DNA of 64,000 bases, taken from contig CBDEUM010000038.1 in the NCBI GenBank assembly GCA_965242925.1, positions 192,001 to 256,000 of the forward strand, given 5' to 3'. Positions 1 through 10,583 of the stretch are shown here, piece after piece. This stretch comes from Roseibacillus sp. Its GTDB lineage: Bacteria; Verrucomicrobiota; Verrucomicrobiia; Verrucomicrobiales; Akkermansiaceae. The notes under the pieces were generated by a model. It was not told where the DNA came from, made no database searches, and saw nothing but the letters and a program-made list of their open reading frames with translations. Numbering within the stretch: the stretch's first letter is position 1; every line of letters begins with the position of its first letter. The translations under genes and the position numbers were made by a program.

Positions 1-1653
1 GTGGAGAGGAGCGAGGATCTTTTCGCCCCCGGGTCCAGCCAGTCGGATGTTCTGGACCCGGGTTCCGGCCGCAAAGTCTCCGATCCGCAGTGAAGTCAGG
101 TGGTAATCGTCGTTGAGGTTCCAGTAGCCATCCATGTTTCCGTAGGAGAAGCCGAGTCCGGGTTGGTCCCGGCGGCGAAACTTCCCGATCTTGGCGTCAA
201 AGAACCAGTTTTTCGAATCGGGACCCTCGCGACTGGGGAGGGCCACCTTGATCGACATGGAGGCCATCTTCCAGGACTCCCCGGTGGGAGGGGCCATTCC
301 CTGGCCTTCCTTCATCGGGAATTTCATGTCGGGAGGAAGGACCGTGAGCAGGTCATACGCTCCTTCCCCGACGCCGGACCGGCCACTGCTGTATTTGCCA
401 CTCGTGTGCAGGAACTTGGCCCCGTCGACACAGTATTCGTAGAGTTTGCCATCCGAGTCATCGCAATAATGCATGTAGTTGTTGTTGCGGTCGTAGATGT
501 AGAAGGAAGCGAAGGGCTGTCCGCTTTCCCGGCTGGGACAAAGAAAGAGGCGTTCGGGTTTGCGGTGTTTGTGGGCGCTGTGATAGCCAACGGCTGAACG
601 ACCGGGTGGAACTCTGGGTTCGATCCCGCGTTTGATGAACCAGGCGTAACGGCGGTGGTAGGCCTTCTGGTATTCTGCGGGCACGGGAACCCCCACCGGT
701 GGACGTCCTCCCAAGCAGGCCTGCTCGGAAGCCCAGAGGAACTCCGGGTCCTTGAATTCCTTCGCAAAAAGATACCAGATGTGTCCGTCCATGCCTCCGG
801 CTTCATCAAGGAGATAGCGCGAGTTCCAGGGATCAGCGTAAATGCGGGCCCGGGCGCCCTCCTCCTGGTTGACGCGCACTCCTGAATTCGGATTACCGCG
901 TAGCCCGCCGCCATGCACATAGGAGAGGTAGCGGTGGAGGTGCTGGTAGAGAAAGTTCCGCTCGGTCTCGAACTTTCCCATCCCCTGGGCCATGTCGTAA
1001 AGCCCCTGGAGGTAGAGGGGGCCATAGGGGTAGTAATTCGTCTCCGTGGTGTCCCCGTATTCCACCAGTTCGCGCCAGAGGGCGTCGAGCCAGGGCTGGT
1101 GTCGTTTGCAGAGGGGGTGGTCGGGGAACATCTGCACTGCGAGGGCCGGGCCGCCATTGATCCCGTAGGGTCGGTTGTTGACGCCCCGCTCGAGGGCGGA
1201 GTAATCGGGAAAATCCAAACGAAGGCTCTCGGTGACAAGGGTCTTGAACTTTTTCTGCTCCTCCCTGCCGATGGCCTTCTGTCTCACCAGTTCGGCAAAG
1301 ATCCGCATGCGGCCGCCGCTGCCCCAGGATTTGTGGTTGTAGAAGAGGGTGAACTGTTCCCCTTTTTCGGTGGCCGCGTCGTAGCGGTCCAGGATGCTCA
1401 TGAAGTAGGCCTTCAGGATCGGAAGCGCGTTTTTTTCCTGCCGGCCATTGTCGATGTAGCGGGAGAGAAGGCGGTCCCACTCCCAGCCTCCCCGATGGAT
1501 CTGCGGATTGCTGCGCCGCACCTCGGCGGCGAACGCTGTAATTTCAGGAGCGGAGAAGGCAGCGTAGTCGGGGAGAGGATGGGAAAACTCGAGGTCCCGG
1601 GAAAGGCCGGGGTAGGCGATCAGACTGGCAAGGAGGAGGGTGAGGGATCGCAT
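1..1653 (-). CDS. Large exported hypothetical protein, 3' truncated by the window edge (>=551 aa); possibly polysaccharide lyase/heparinase-like
   Basis: Manual translation from ATG at 1653 (MRSLTLLLASLIAYPGLSRDLEFSHPLPDY...AGPGGEKILAPLH) stays open to position 1. It has a signal-peptide-like N-terminus. It is absent from the ORF track because there is no stop in the window. Function is a guess. Confidence 0.8.
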   Translation of the reverse strand, partial: MRSLTLLLASLIAYPGLSRDLEFSHPLPDYAAFSAPEITAFAAEVRRSNPQIHRGGWEWDRLLSRYIDNGRQEKNALPILKAYFMSILDRYDAATEKGEQFTLFYNHKSWGSGGRMRIFAELVRQKAIGREEQKKFKTLVTESLRLDFPDYSALERGVNNRPYGINGGPALAVQMFPDHPLCKRHQPWLDALWRELVEYGDTTETNYYPYGPLYLQGLYDMAQGMGKFETERNFLYQHLHRYLSYVHGGGLRGNPNSGVRVNQEEGARARIYADPWNSRYLLDEAGGMDGHIWYLFAKEFKDPEFLWASEQACLGGRPPVGVPVPAEYQKAYHRRYAWFIKRGIEPRVPPGRSAVGYHSAHKHRKPERLFLCPSRESGQPFASFYIYDRNNNYMHYCDDSDGKLYEYCVDGAKFLHTSGKYSSGRSGVGEGAYDLLTVLPPDMKFPMKEGQGMAPPTGESWKMASMSIKVALPSREGPDSKNWFFDAKIGKFRRRDQPGLGFSYGNMDGYWNLNDDYHLTSLRIGDFAAGTRVQNIRLAGPGGEKILAPLH

Positions 1654-1684
1654 TCGGGGAGAGTGAGAGGTAGTGAAGAAACGT

Positions 1685-2086
1685 TCAGGCCTCCGGTTTG
1701 CGATCGGCGTCGACTACCTCGAAGATGTAGCCGTTGGGTTCCCTGAAGAAGAAGCGCTCGAAGGGGGTTTCCCGGATTGGATCGATGAGTTCGGCTCCGT
1801 GGCCGATGAGGCGCTCCTTGAGAGCGGGGAATTCTTCGAGGGGATAATCAAAGGCAAAGTGCCGGCCGAATTCGGCTTCGAAGGGCGAGATTTCGAATTG
1901 CTCGACATGGAGAAGATGCAGTTGCTGACCATCCCCGATAGCAAGCCAGGCGGCCTCGATGTCGATGTTGCCTGGGCGGGAGATCTGTTTCCATCCAAGG
2001 GTATTCAGGAAAAATTCCCGGGCGGCAATCACATCCCGGGTAGCGAGGGTGAAGTGGTGAAGGCGGGTGAGGGGGGAATCGTCCAC
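1685..2086 (-). CDS. VOC/glyoxalase family protein
   Basis: LHHFTLAT...FFLNTLGW...QQLHL...HFAF...RFFFREPNGYIFEV motifs. GTG start at 2086 chosen from the domain boundary and an adjacent promoter-like motif. Confidence 0.85.
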   Translation of the reverse strand: MDDSPLTRLHHFTLATRDVIAAREFFLNTLGWKQISRPGNIDIEAAWLAIGDGQQLHLLHVEQFEISPFEAEFGRHFAFDYPLEEFPALKERLIGHGAELIDPIRETPFERFFFREPNGYIFEVVDADRKPEA

Positions 2087-2093
2087 GGTTCCC

Positions 2094-2121
2094 AGTGTGA
2101 CAGGCGGGGAAAGGGCGGCAA
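2094..2121 (-). promoter_or_regulatory. Putative sigma70 promoter, leaderless-type, for the VOC gene
   Basis: TTGCCG-16nt-CACACT-7nt-GTG start; no Shine-Dalgarno. Confidence 0.4.
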
Positions 2122-2167
2122 GAGCTGTGTGCTTGCGCTGAATGTGGGGAGCGGGGATAGTGTCGAT

Positions 2168-2632
2168 ATGAAAAGAGCGGTTCTTGCCCTTGCCCTGGCC
2201 ATCCCGTTGGGTCCCCATCCGGTTCAGGCAGACGATGAACCGACCGCGCGAATCCGGGCGCCCAAGTCCGGTGAGAAAGTGGACTACCACTTTGCCGCTA
2301 AGGGACGCTCCAGCAATATTCCCGAGGGACAGGTGGTCATGTTGTTCCGGCCGATCGGTGAGTCGGGATTCCTCTTTCCTCTCAGCGAGGAGTTGAAAGG
2401 GAACCGTTCCTTTACGGAAAAAATCTACCATGAGATGAAAGACGAAGGGAGGCAGGTCATCCAGGTCCGCATGTTGTCTCCTGACCTGGCAGCGAAGGCG
2501 GCCAATTACCGCCGTGAGATTCTCAAGTGGTACGATGGGGGAAAGAAAGGGTCGCAGCCCAGTCTGGCTCCTGGCCTCCTTGAGAACACCAAGCGTCTTG
2601 CCGAGGTGGTCTACGAGTTGGAGAGGGAGTAA
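2168..2632 (+). CDS. Exported hypothetical protein
   Basis: MKRAVLALALAIPLG...VQA signal peptide; C-terminal part of ORF 1673..2632, divergent from the VOC gene. Confidence 0.7.
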   Translation: MKRAVLALALAIPLGPHPVQADDEPTARIRAPKSGEKVDYHFAAKGRSSNIPEGQVVMLFRPIGESGFLFPLSEELKGNRSFTEKIYHEMKDEGRQVIQVRMLSPDLAAKAANYRREILKWYDGGKKGSQPSLAPGLLENTKRLAEVVYELERE

Positions 2633-2647
2633 CCTCCAGGGGGCTCG

Positions 2648-4066
2648 CTATGCGAGAATCTCTTCAATCACTTTGCCGTGAACATCGGTCAGGCGGTGAT
2701 TCCTCCCCTGGAACTTGTGGGTGAGGCGGAGGTGATCGATACCGAGGAGGCGCAGGATGGTGGCATTGAGGTCATGGACGTGCACAGGATCCCGGGCCAC
2801 GTTGTAGCTGAAGTCGTCCGTTTCGCCGTGGGTTGTGCCAGCCGCTACTCCGCCGCCCGCCAACCACATGGTGAAGCAGCGGGGGTGGTGGTCCCGGCCG
2901 TAGTTGTCCTTGGTCAATTTGCCCTGGCAGTAGATGGTGCGCCCGAATTCGCCGCCCCAGATGACGAGGGTGTCGTCCAGCATGCCTCGCTCTTCGAGGT
3001 CGATGATGAGGCCGGCGGTAGCCTGGTCGGTATCCAGGCACTGCCTGCGGTGATCGCGCGGGAGGTGTTCATGCTGATCCCAGCCGCGATGGAAGAGTTG
3101 CACGAAGCGCACGCCCCGCTCTACGAGGCGGCGGGCTTGCAGGCAGTGGGCCGCGTAGGTGCCGCGTTGGCGGGCGGCTTCCCCATAGAGTTTCCAGGTG
3201 TGCTCGGGCTCGTCTTCGATATTGGTGATCTCAGGAACGGATTCCTGCATCCGGAAGGCGAGTTCATACTGGGCGATCCGGGCGCGCAGTTCCGGATCGT
3301 CGCCTTCGGCCAGGTGCAGGCGATTCAGGGAAGCGACATCGTCAAGGATCTGGCGGCGTGTTGTCCGGGACAGGCCGGGCGGGTCGTTGAGGTAGAGAAC
3401 CGGAGAGCCGGATCCACGCAGACGCACGCCCTGATGCTCGGTAGGGAGAAAGCCGCTGCCCCAGAGGCGTTTGTAGAGCGGTTGCCCGTTGGTTATGGTG
3501 GCCGAAGTCATGACCACGAAGGCGGGAAGGTTTTCGTTGAGCGATCCCAGTCCGTAGGAGAGCCAGGCTCCGAAACTGGGGCGGCCCGAACGTTCCGAGC
3601 CAGTTTGGAGGAAGGTGATGGCCGGATCATGATTGATGGCATCGGTGTGCATCGACTTTACGAAGCAGAGGCGGTCGGCAATGCCGGCGGTGTGGGGCAT
3701 GAGTTCACTGACCCAGGCCCCGGATTGGCCGTGCTGTTGGAAGTTGAAAGCCGAGGGCGCCACCGGAAAGCGCTTCTGTCCGGAGGTCATGGTGGTGAGG
3801 CGCTGCCCCTTGATGACGGACTCGGGGAGGTCCTGATCGAAGCGCTCGGCCAGTTTGGGCTTGTGGTCGAACAAGTCCATCTGGGAGGGGCCTCCTGATT
3901 GGCAGAGGTAGATCACGCGCCTGGCCCTGGCCGGGAAGTGGGGCAGGGGGGAGGACGTGCCGGCAGCCGCGGCGTCTTCCCGCAGTAGGCTGGCGATGGC
4001 GGCGGATCCCAGTGCGATGCCGGAGCGCTGGAAAAAGAGACGGCGAGTGAAGGGATCGAAATTCAT
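2648..4066 (-). CDS. DUF1501 domain protein (Tat-exported, sulfatase-like fold)
   Basis: TRRLFF Tat-like motif, [53 protein letters not shown]. Confidence 0.92.
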   Translation of the reverse strand: MNFDPFTRRLFFQRSGIALGSAAIASLLREDAAAAGTSSPLPHFPARARRVIYLCQSGGPSQMDLFDHKPKLAERFDQDLPESVIKGQRLTTMTSGQKRFPVAPSAFNFQQHGQSGAWVSELMPHTAGIADRLCFVKSMHTDAINHDPAITFLQTGSERSGRPSFGAWLSYGLGSLNENLPAFVVMTSATITNGQPLYKRLWGSGFLPTEHQGVRLRGSGSPVLYLNDPPGLSRTTRRQILDDVASLNRLHLAEGDDPELRARIAQYELAFRMQESVPEITNIEDEPEHTWKLYGEAARQRGTYAAHCLQARRLVERGVRFVQLFHRGWDQHEHLPRDHRRQCLDTDQATAGLIIDLEERGMLDDTLVIWGGEFGRTIYCQGKLTKDNYGRDHHPRCFTMWLAGGGVAAGTTHGETDDFSYNVARDPVHVHDLNATILRLLGIDHLRLTHKFQGRNHRLTDVHGKVIEEILA

Positions 4067-4070
4067 CTCG

Positions 4071-6446
4071 CTACGGTCGGGTGATGGTCTCGTTGAGGTT
4101 GAGGAGCGTGTTGGCCGCCGCAGTGTAAGCGGCCAGTTCGGAAGGTGAGAGGTCACTGGCAGGTGACGATTCCCCCACTTCGATGAGTTTTTCCGCAGCG
4201 TCTTTCTGCCCATGATAGGTCTCGAGGTGGCGCTGGAGGGAGCGGAGAAGGATTGCAAGTTCCCTGTCCTGAGGGGTGCGGCCGGTCACGAGGCGGAAGC
4301 CGTAACGGATTCGAGCCTGCTCGCTGCCGCCTCCTTCCTTAATCATGCGGGTGGCAAGCCCCCGGGCTGCCTCTACGAAAGTGGTATCATTCAAGAGGAC
4401 GAGGGCCTGGAGGGGAGTGTTGGTGCGTTCGCGGCGACTGTTGCAGACCTCGCGGGAGGGGCTGTCGAAGATCTGTAATCCCGGAGGGGGAATGGCGCGG
4501 CGCCAGAAGGTGTAGAGGCTGCGTCGGTAGAGGGCTTCCCCCTTGTCCTGGAGGTAGCCCTTTTCGTAGGCGGTAGTGGTCGGCCCCGCGATCTCATTCC
4601 ACAGGTTGGCAGGCTGGTAAGGCTTGACGGAAGGACCCCCGGTCCGTTCCACGAGGAGTCCGCTCACAAAGAGAGCCTGATCGCGAATGACCTCGCCCGA
4701 GAGACGCAACCGGGGTGCGTGGGAGAGCAGCAGATTCTCCGGGTCGATCTGGCGGGCTCGCGGGGAGGAGAGGGAGGACTGGCGGTAGGTGGCGCTGGTG
4801 ACGATCATCTTCTGCAGGGCCTTGACGTCCCAGTCCAGGCGGATCAATTCGGTGGCCAGCCAGTCAAGAAGCGCGGGATGAGTCGGGAAGTCGCCCTGGA
4901 CGCCGAAGTCTTCCGAGGATCTGACCAGGCCGATCCCAAAGTGGTGTTGCCAGATGCGGTTGACCGTGACCCGGGCCGTCAGGGGATGCTCCGGGTCGAG
5001 CAGCCAGTGGGCAAGAGCGAGGCGGTTCCTCTCAACCCCGGAGGGGAGAGGGGGCAGGCTGCGGGGCACTCCGGCTTCCACTTTCTGGCGGCGTTGATTG
5101 TACTGGCCACGCTCGAGAATGAAGGTGTCACGCTTCTGGGAGTCCTCCATCACCATGGTGGTGGGGGAGCGATCGAGGAGACGTTGGCGTTCTTCCTCAA
5201 GTTTCTTCAGCTCTTCATTTCCGGCCTGTTCAAGTTGTGCCGCAATCTCCCTGAGGCGTTGTTGGTCCGGGCGGGTGGGGACCTTGAGGAAAGGCTTGGC
5301 ATTGCGGCGATAGGTTCCGGGTTCCGGGGTTTGATTGAAGAAGGCGAACAGGGAGTAGAACTCGTCCTGCGAGACAGGATCGTATTTGTGGTCGTGACAC
5401 CGGGCACAACCGGTAGTGAGTCCCATCCAGACCGATGAAACCGTTTCCACCCGGTCCACGATGTACTCGACGCGGAATTCTTCGGCGATGGCCCCTCCTT
5501 CTCCATTTACGCGGTTGTTGCGGAGAAAGCCGGTAGCAAGCCGTTGTTCCGGGGTTGAATCGGGAAGCAGGTCGCCCGCCAGTTGCTCCAGGGTGAACTG
5601 GTCAAAGGGCATGTTGTCGTTAAGGACGTCAATGAGCCATTCCCGCCAGCGCCACATGGTCCGTGGTTCGTCGTCCTGATAACCGTCGGTATCGGCATAG
5701 CGCGCGAGGTCGAGCCAATCGACCGCCATGTGTTCACCATAGCGCGGAGAGGCCAGAAGACGGTCAACCACCCTCCCATAGGCCTGAGGGGATTTATCGG
5801 CAAGGAAGGCGTCGATTTCCGCAGGAGCAGGAGGCAAACCCGTGAGGTCGAGGGTCACCCGTCGGAGGAGCGTCGCCCTGTCGGCCGTTCTGGCAGGGTG
5901 GAGGCCTGTTGCCCGCATGCGCCGGAGGACATACCTGTCGATTGTCCCTGCTCCAGGCCAGGGAGCGTCCTGGTTTTCCGGGAGCGGGGGACGGTGCAGG
6001 GGGGTGAAGGACCAATGGGGCTGCCAGTCGGCTCCCTGGAGGATCCAGTTCCTGATCTTTTCGATCTCCGCCGGGGTGAGTTGGCGCACTTCCTCCGCGG
6101 GAGGCATCCGCTCTTCGCGGTCGGAATGGGTTATGTGCTCAAACAGGAGGCTCTCCCGGGGCTTGCCGGGGACCACGATGGTTCCTCCTTCACGTTTGGC
6201 GAACCAATCCTCTCTCTGATCGAGACGAAGTCTGGCCTTGCGCTTGGAGGCGTCCACTCCGTGACATTTGAAGCAGGTATCGGAGAGGATGGGGCGGATC
6301 TCGCGGGCAAATTCAACTGGTTCGCCAGCCCGGACAGGGATCACTGATTGACCCGCACTCAGGAAGGTGAGACAGGCGATGGCGCGGACAGGCAGACGGT
6401 AGAGCATCACCAAGGAGGATGTGATATAACTCCCCATAGGACTCAA
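4071..6446 (-). CDS. Planctomycete cytochrome c + DUF1549 + DUF1553 (PSD1) protein
   Basis: CFKCHG (PSCyt1), [63 protein letters not shown]. Start uncertain (6407-6446). Confidence 0.92.
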   Translation of the reverse strand: MSPMGSYITSSLVMLYRLPVRAIACLTFLSAGQSVIPVRAGEPVEFAREIRPILSDTCFKCHGVDASKRKARLRLDQREDWFAKREGGTIVVPGKPRESLLFEHITHSDREERMPPAEEVRQLTPAEIEKIRNWILQGADWQPHWSFTPLHRPPLPENQDAPWPGAGTIDRYVLRRMRATGLHPARTADRATLLRRVTLDLTGLPPAPAEIDAFLADKSPQAYGRVVDRLLASPRYGEHMAVDWLDLARYADTDGYQDDEPRTMWRWREWLIDVLNDNMPFDQFTLEQLAGDLLPDSTPEQRLATGFLRNNRVNGEGGAIAEEFRVEYIVDRVETVSSVWMGLTTGCARCHDHKYDPVSQDEFYSLFAFFNQTPEPGTYRRNAKPFLKVPTRPDQQRLREIAAQLEQAGNEELKKLEEERQRLLDRSPTTMVMEDSQKRDTFILERGQYNQRRQKVEAGVPRSLPPLPSGVERNRLALAHWLLDPEHPLTARVTVNRIWQHHFGIGLVRSSEDFGVQGDFPTHPALLDWLATELIRLDWDVKALQKMIVTSATYRQSSLSSPRARQIDPENLLLSHAPRLRLSGEVIRDQALFVSGLLVERTGGPSVKPYQPANLWNEIAGPTTTAYEKGYLQDKGEALYRRSLYTFWRRAIPPPGLQIFDSPSREVCNSRRERTNTPLQALVLLNDTTFVEAARGLATRMIKEGGGSEQARIRYGFRLVTGRTPQDRELAILLRSLQRHLETYHGQKDAAEKLIEVGESSPASDLSPSELAAYTAAANTLLNLNETITRP

Positions 6447-6464
6447 CCGGTCAAGCCGAAGTGC

Positions 6465-8393
6465 TCAGCGTGGATTGATGAGGGCCCGGGCCACCCGGAA
6501 GCCGAGGTTGCCGAGTTCTAGATCCGCATTGCTGTAAAAACGGCCGGCAGCCTGGCGGTTGTTACCCTGGAACCAGGAATTCGAGCGGATTCCACGGAAG
6601 AGGATTCCAGCCCGTGACTCGGTCCAATCCCAGATCCGGTGGTCGATATCGGTCATCCCGTAGGGACTGTTCTTCCATTTTGTCCCGGGAAGAACTGAGT
6701 TGAAGGCGGGAGCAATTCTTCCGAGTCCGCGTCGGAAGTGGGCGTAGTCCTTCTTCCCGGGATCGTAGTAGGCGGCCTTGTACCATTCATCCTCGGTGGG
6801 AAGGAAGATCCTGGCCCCCTTTGCGCGTGGGATCGCTTTCGTGGCATCGGAGAAGTTGTAGGCTCCGCGTTCGGTTTCCCCGCTGTGGAGCCAGTTACAA
6901 TAGCGGGCCGCATCAAACCAGGAGAGGTAGGTGACAGCCAGATGCGAAGTCCCGGGATCAGGGTGGTGATCGAAGGTCCCCTGCTCCGTCTCGGAGCGAA
7001 GGCGCTGGATGCGCATTTTCGGATGGTGGAGGCCATGGGGATCTTCTTTGCGTGCCACCGCGTTGAGAAAGGAGCAGTAGTCTGCATTGCTGACCCGGTG
7101 CGTTCCGATTTCAAAGGTGTGATTGACTGCCCCGTGGGAGCCGACGCGGGGCCGTTCCTCGTCGGGTTTGTTGCCGGGATCACCGATGGTGACGAAGGAT
7201 GCCTTCGCTGGAGGGGGTTCCTCCGGTTCCACCGTGACCGGGTCCTGCCAGAAGGATCGCCCCTCCGGGGGAAGGCGCTGGTAGAAGACGAACTCGGCAA
7301 ACTCCAGGAGCGATTTCCAGTCCTCATTCGAATAGGAATGACCACCCCGACGATAGATCAGACCGTTCAAGTGAGCGCGATCGTGCAACTGGAAGACCGC
7401 CATGGCCGCCCTGCTGGTCGCGTGAGTGCCCACCGGGTTTGCGAAGAGATCGTCAGAGGACTCCAGGCAGAGGAGTGCGCGGGGGGCGACCAGGGCCTTG
7501 AGGAAATGCTGATCGAAGGGGAGGTGAGCTTCTTTTTCAGCGAAGAGGAGAATGCGCTCATGGTACCAGTTCGGCTTGTCGTTCATGCCGATGGATTCCG
7601 CGCCCGGTCCGAGGATCCGGGAGGAACCGGCCCCGCCTGCTCCCGACTGGCAGGGCACCACCAGGTCAATGCGTTCATCGAGAGCTCCGGCCAGGAGGGC
7701 GGCCTTTCCACCGCGTGAATGCCCGGTGATGGCGATGCGATCGTGGTCGACGTCGGGTCGAGATTCAAGGTAGTCGACCACCCGCATTCCTCCCCAGGCC
7801 CAGACGGCCAGCATGGCCCAGTCAAAATCGGGGTAGGCCCGTTGGGCGGGACCGACGTTCCCTCGCTTGTCGGGAGCCAGGTCGCCCCGGGCGTATTCGA
7901 TGAAGAGGTAGTTCTTCTTCATGAACATGGCGGCATTCCTGCTGCCCCCGAGGGAACCCTCTTCCTCGATGATAACCGGGTGGGGTCCCCTGGTCCGGGG
8001 GACATAGGCCAGGATGCGCATCTTGAGCTTCTTCCTGCTGTCGATGACCAGGGTCATCCACTCCTCGGTCCCAAGTCCGCTTTCGTGCTCGCGTACGCGG
8101 TCAACCCGGACGGTGACGCGATCAGGTCTGGGAGGCATGCGGCCGTATTGATAGAAAAGGAGGGGTGAGACGAGTTCGGTCCGGCGGTTGCTCCAGTCGG
8201 CAAGGTTGCCGACCTTGCTTCCGTCCTCGAAGGTGAGGAGGTCAGGGAGACCGGTGATGGGGGAAAGTTGGGAGAGATCAGCGGGAAGTTCAGCATTCGG
8301 GTCCGGCAGTTGGGCGGTGTTCCCCGGGGTGACCTCGCCGGCCAGGAGGGAAAGGGCCGGGAACAGGGAACTGACAAGGAGGGCGACTCGCAT
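6465..8393 (-). CDS. CE15/glucuronoyl-esterase-like hydrolase fused to a C-terminal FGE-sulfatase (SUMF1-like) domain
   Basis: Signal peptide MRVALLVSSLF; AVWAWGGMRVVDYL, GHSRGGKAAL, LPFDQHFLKALVAPRALL; then IGDPGN...YCSFLNAV...SWFDAARYCNWLH...LPTEDEWYKAAYY...LGFRVA. Confidence 0.8.
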   Translation of the reverse strand: MRVALLVSSLFPALSLLAGEVTPGNTAQLPDPNAELPADLSQLSPITGLPDLLTFEDGSKVGNLADWSNRRTELVSPLLFYQYGRMPPRPDRVTVRVDRVREHESGLGTEEWMTLVIDSRKKLKMRILAYVPRTRGPHPVIIEEEGSLGGSRNAAMFMKKNYLFIEYARGDLAPDKRGNVGPAQRAYPDFDWAMLAVWAWGGMRVVDYLESRPDVDHDRIAITGHSRGGKAALLAGALDERIDLVVPCQSGAGGAGSSRILGPGAESIGMNDKPNWYHERILLFAEKEAHLPFDQHFLKALVAPRALLCLESSDDLFANPVGTHATSRAAMAVFQLHDRAHLNGLIYRRGGHSYSNEDWKSLLEFAEFVFYQRLPPEGRSFWQDPVTVEPEEPPPAKASFVTIGDPGNKPDEERPRVGSHGAVNHTFEIGTHRVSNADYCSFLNAVARKEDPHGLHHPKMRIQRLRSETEQGTFDHHPDPGTSHLAVTYLSWFDAARYCNWLHSGETERGAYNFSDATKAIPRAKGARIFLPTEDEWYKAAYYDPGKKDYAHFRRGLGRIAPAFNSVLPGTKWKNSPYGMTDIDHRIWDWTESRAGILFRGIRSNSWFQGNNRQAAGRFYSNADLELGNLGFRVARALINPR

Positions 8394-8592
8394 CGGTGAT
8401 CTTCGTGGGTGGGGAGTGGTTGTAACGCTCAGTCCTTGTAGAAGAAAAGAGGGAATCGCCGGGCTTTCTCTGCGGAGTCGGAAGGGTCGTTGCGCCATTA
8501 CAAAAAGGAAGGATTTGATCCGTCCAAAATGCAGGGTATTACTGGTGGTGAAGGACATGCCGGTGTGTTGTCCGGTAAAAAAAACAAAGGTT

Positions 8593-9570
8593 ATGAAATC
8601 AGGATTTATTATTTCGACACTGGTGGCCATCATCCTGGCTGTTGTGGTGGTGGTTGGGATGGGGCAGATTTCCGATCTGAAAAAGGAGATGGGTGCCCTG
8701 AAGGAGGTAAAACCTGCCAAAAGCGCGGCTGGCCGAACCGAGATCGGAACCTCGTCCCGTGCCGGTCGCATCGCCTCATCCCGTTCCAATAGATCTTCGA
8801 AAAGTGACCGGGTTGCACCAGAGGACGATGATCCTGCTGAGGAAAAGTCGGCGGAGCAGACTCCTGAGCAGATGCTCGGAAACATAATGAAGCTGTTCGC
8901 CGAGAGCGACGCCGGGAAGCGGATGGAGCGGGCCGGTAATATACGGAAGGCGCAGCGTCTTTTCGCTCCGTTGGTGGCGGATTTCGATTTGAGTGATGAC
9001 GATCGGGAGCACTTCCTGGATCTGGCGGGGTCGGCGGCCAACTCAGAGGAAAGCCTCTGGCGCGAGCTCATGTTTGCCGGGGAAGGAAACCGGGAGGAAG
9101 CCCTGCAGAAATGGGAGGCGGCAAATGAGGAACGGGAAACCGCCATGCGGGAGTTCCTTAATGATGACGCGGACTGGAAACGCTACGAGGAGTATGAAGC
9201 GAGGCTGGAAGAGCACGAGCAGGTCCAGGGCGGGATTCGCCGTGCGATGGAGGGGGCTGGCGTGCCTCTCACCCCGGAACAGGAATCACAGCTCGTGGAG
9301 GTGATGTATGACACCCGCCAGGAGAGTGGGATCAATGAAAAGTGGCAAGGCCGGGGTGTGCTGAATCAACTCTCTGAGCCGGGGATTGCCGATCGACTCG
9401 AAGCGGACATGCAGGCGAACCAGGAGGCCATGAGTCCGGGGGTGGCGAATGTGCTGTCACCGCAGCAGGTGGAAGCTTTCAACTCGTCCCAGATCCGTAT
9501 GCGGGAAGGGGCGACGGAAGGGCTGCGCTGGATGGAAACCTTCAGGGGTGGGGGTGGACAGCCCGAATGA
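8593..9570 (+). CDS. Membrane-anchored helical hypothetical protein
   Basis: N-terminal hydrophobic helix MKSGFIISTLVAIILAVVVVVG, low-complexity linker, Glu/Arg-rich helical body; stop overlaps next start (ATGA). Confidence 0.75.
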   Translation: MKSGFIISTLVAIILAVVVVVGMGQISDLKKEMGALKEVKPAKSAAGRTEIGTSSRAGRIASSRSNRSSKSDRVAPEDDDPAEEKSAEQTPEQMLGNIMKLFAESDAGKRMERAGNIRKAQRLFAPLVADFDLSDDDREHFLDLAGSAANSEESLWRELMFAGEGNREEALQKWEAANEERETAMREFLNDDADWKRYEEYEARLEEHEQVQGGIRRAMEGAGVPLTPEQESQLVEVMYDTRQESGINEKWQGRGVLNQLSEPGIADRLEADMQANQEAMSPGVANVLSPQQVEAFNSSQIRMREGATEGLRWMETFRGGGGQPE

Positions 9571-10571
9571 AGGCCATGCAGACTTTCCGGGGCTTATCCT
9601 GTTTGCTGTTGCCGGTTCTGTCAGCTGGAGTTCTTTCCGCGCAGACGGAGGCCGGGAAGATTCAGGAGCGGAGCTATGAGTTCAAGGAGGCAGGCAGGGA
9701 AATCGACTACACTCTCTACGTGCCGCGTAGTTACAAGAAGTCCAGGAAGGCTCCCCTGCTCGTCCTGCTCCATGGCCTGGGGAGTAATCCGGACCAGGTG
9801 ATCCGTTACGAGGGGATCACGGATGAAGCGGAGGAGCGGGGTTATCTGGTGGTCGCCCCCTACGGCTACAACGAGCGGGGCTGGTATGGCAGCCAGGGAA
9901 AAGGAAAGGGCAATTTTCTGGGTGGGAGACCGGAGGATCCCGAGAATCTGGGAGAACTCAGCGAGAAGGATGTTCTGAATGTTCTCGGGATTGTGCGGAA
10001 GGAGTTCAACATTGATCCGCAACGCATCTATCTGGCCGGCCATTCGATGGGAGGAGGCGGAACGATCTATCTGGGAGCGGCACACTCCGGGATCTGGGCT
10101 GCCCTGGCGCCGATGTCCCCAGCCTACATGGGAAGTAGTGACATTCTTGAGAAGATCAAGGCCCCCGTCATGATTGTGACCGGGGAGAAGGACACGGTCG
10201 TGCCGGTGCAGATGGTGCGCCCCTTTGTCCAGCGGATGAAGGAGCTCAAGATGAACCACATCTACAAGGAAATTCCCGGTGGGAATCACGGTCCCACCAT
10301 CCACAACAATCCCGGATTGATGGCCGAGGTCTTTGACTTCTTTGATGGGAACTCACTCAAAAAGGAGCATCCGGCAGAGAGTGTGAAGGAGGCCTTCCGC
10401 ACCTTCACCAACAAGGGGGGCAGGACGATCACGGCGCGGATCGTGAGCAGCAGGGGAGAGAAGGTGACCATTGCGCGAAAGGACGGCAAAACCTTTGTCA
10501 TCCCGATCAGCTCGCTGAGTGAGGCAGACCAGGATTATGTGGCCAGGTGGGCAGAGAAGGAAGGCCCCTGA
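9567..10571 (+). CDS. Exported alpha/beta hydrolase (esterase) with C-terminal SHD1-like domain
   Basis: PLLVLLHGLG, RIYLAGHSMGGGG nucleophile elbow, GEKDTVV, GNH; C-terminal RTFTNKGGRTITARIV...LSEADQDYV. Confidence 0.85.
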   Translation: MKAMQTFRGLSCLLLPVLSAGVLSAQTEAGKIQERSYEFKEAGREIDYTLYVPRSYKKSRKAPLLVLLHGLGSNPDQVIRYEGITDEAEERGYLVVAPYGYNERGWYGSQGKGKGNFLGGRPEDPENLGELSEKDVLNVLGIVRKEFNIDPQRIYLAGHSMGGGGTIYLGAAHSGIWAALAPMSPAYMGSSDILEKIKAPVMIVTGEKDTVVPVQMVRPFVQRMKELKMNHIYKEIPGGNHGPTIHNNPGLMAEVFDFFDGNSLKKEHPAESVKEAFRTFTNKGGRTITARIVSSRGEKVTIARKDGKTFVIPISSLSEADQDYVARWAEKEGP

Positions 10572-10583
10572 ATCGGAGGGCGC

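Noticed and set aside
2678..3898. Long antisense ORFs (also 16729..18000, 22586..23905, 31478..32587, 44962..46278, 49040..50494, most of 49306..50931, 61179..62207)
   Set aside because: They overlap well-supported genes, nearly all on the opposite strand (49040..50494 is an alternate frame on the same strand), have no motifs, and are expected shadows in GC-rich DNA.
6465..6620. Diversity-generating retroelement variable region at the end of the FGE/CLec-fold domain (…GFRVA)
   Set aside because: I saw no template repeat, reverse transcriptase or adenine-specific variant copy in the window.
6465..7200. Formylglycine-generating enzyme for the three sulfatases
   Set aside because: The catalytic cysteine pair is absent and the domain is fused to an esterase.
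8394..9146. N-terminal extensions of ORFs 6465..9146 and 8188..9570 (similarly 1673..2632 and 1685..2431) implying long bidirectional overlaps
   Set aside because: Signal peptides and domain boundaries place the true starts at 8393, 8593, 2168 and 2086, leaving ordinary divergent intergenic regions.
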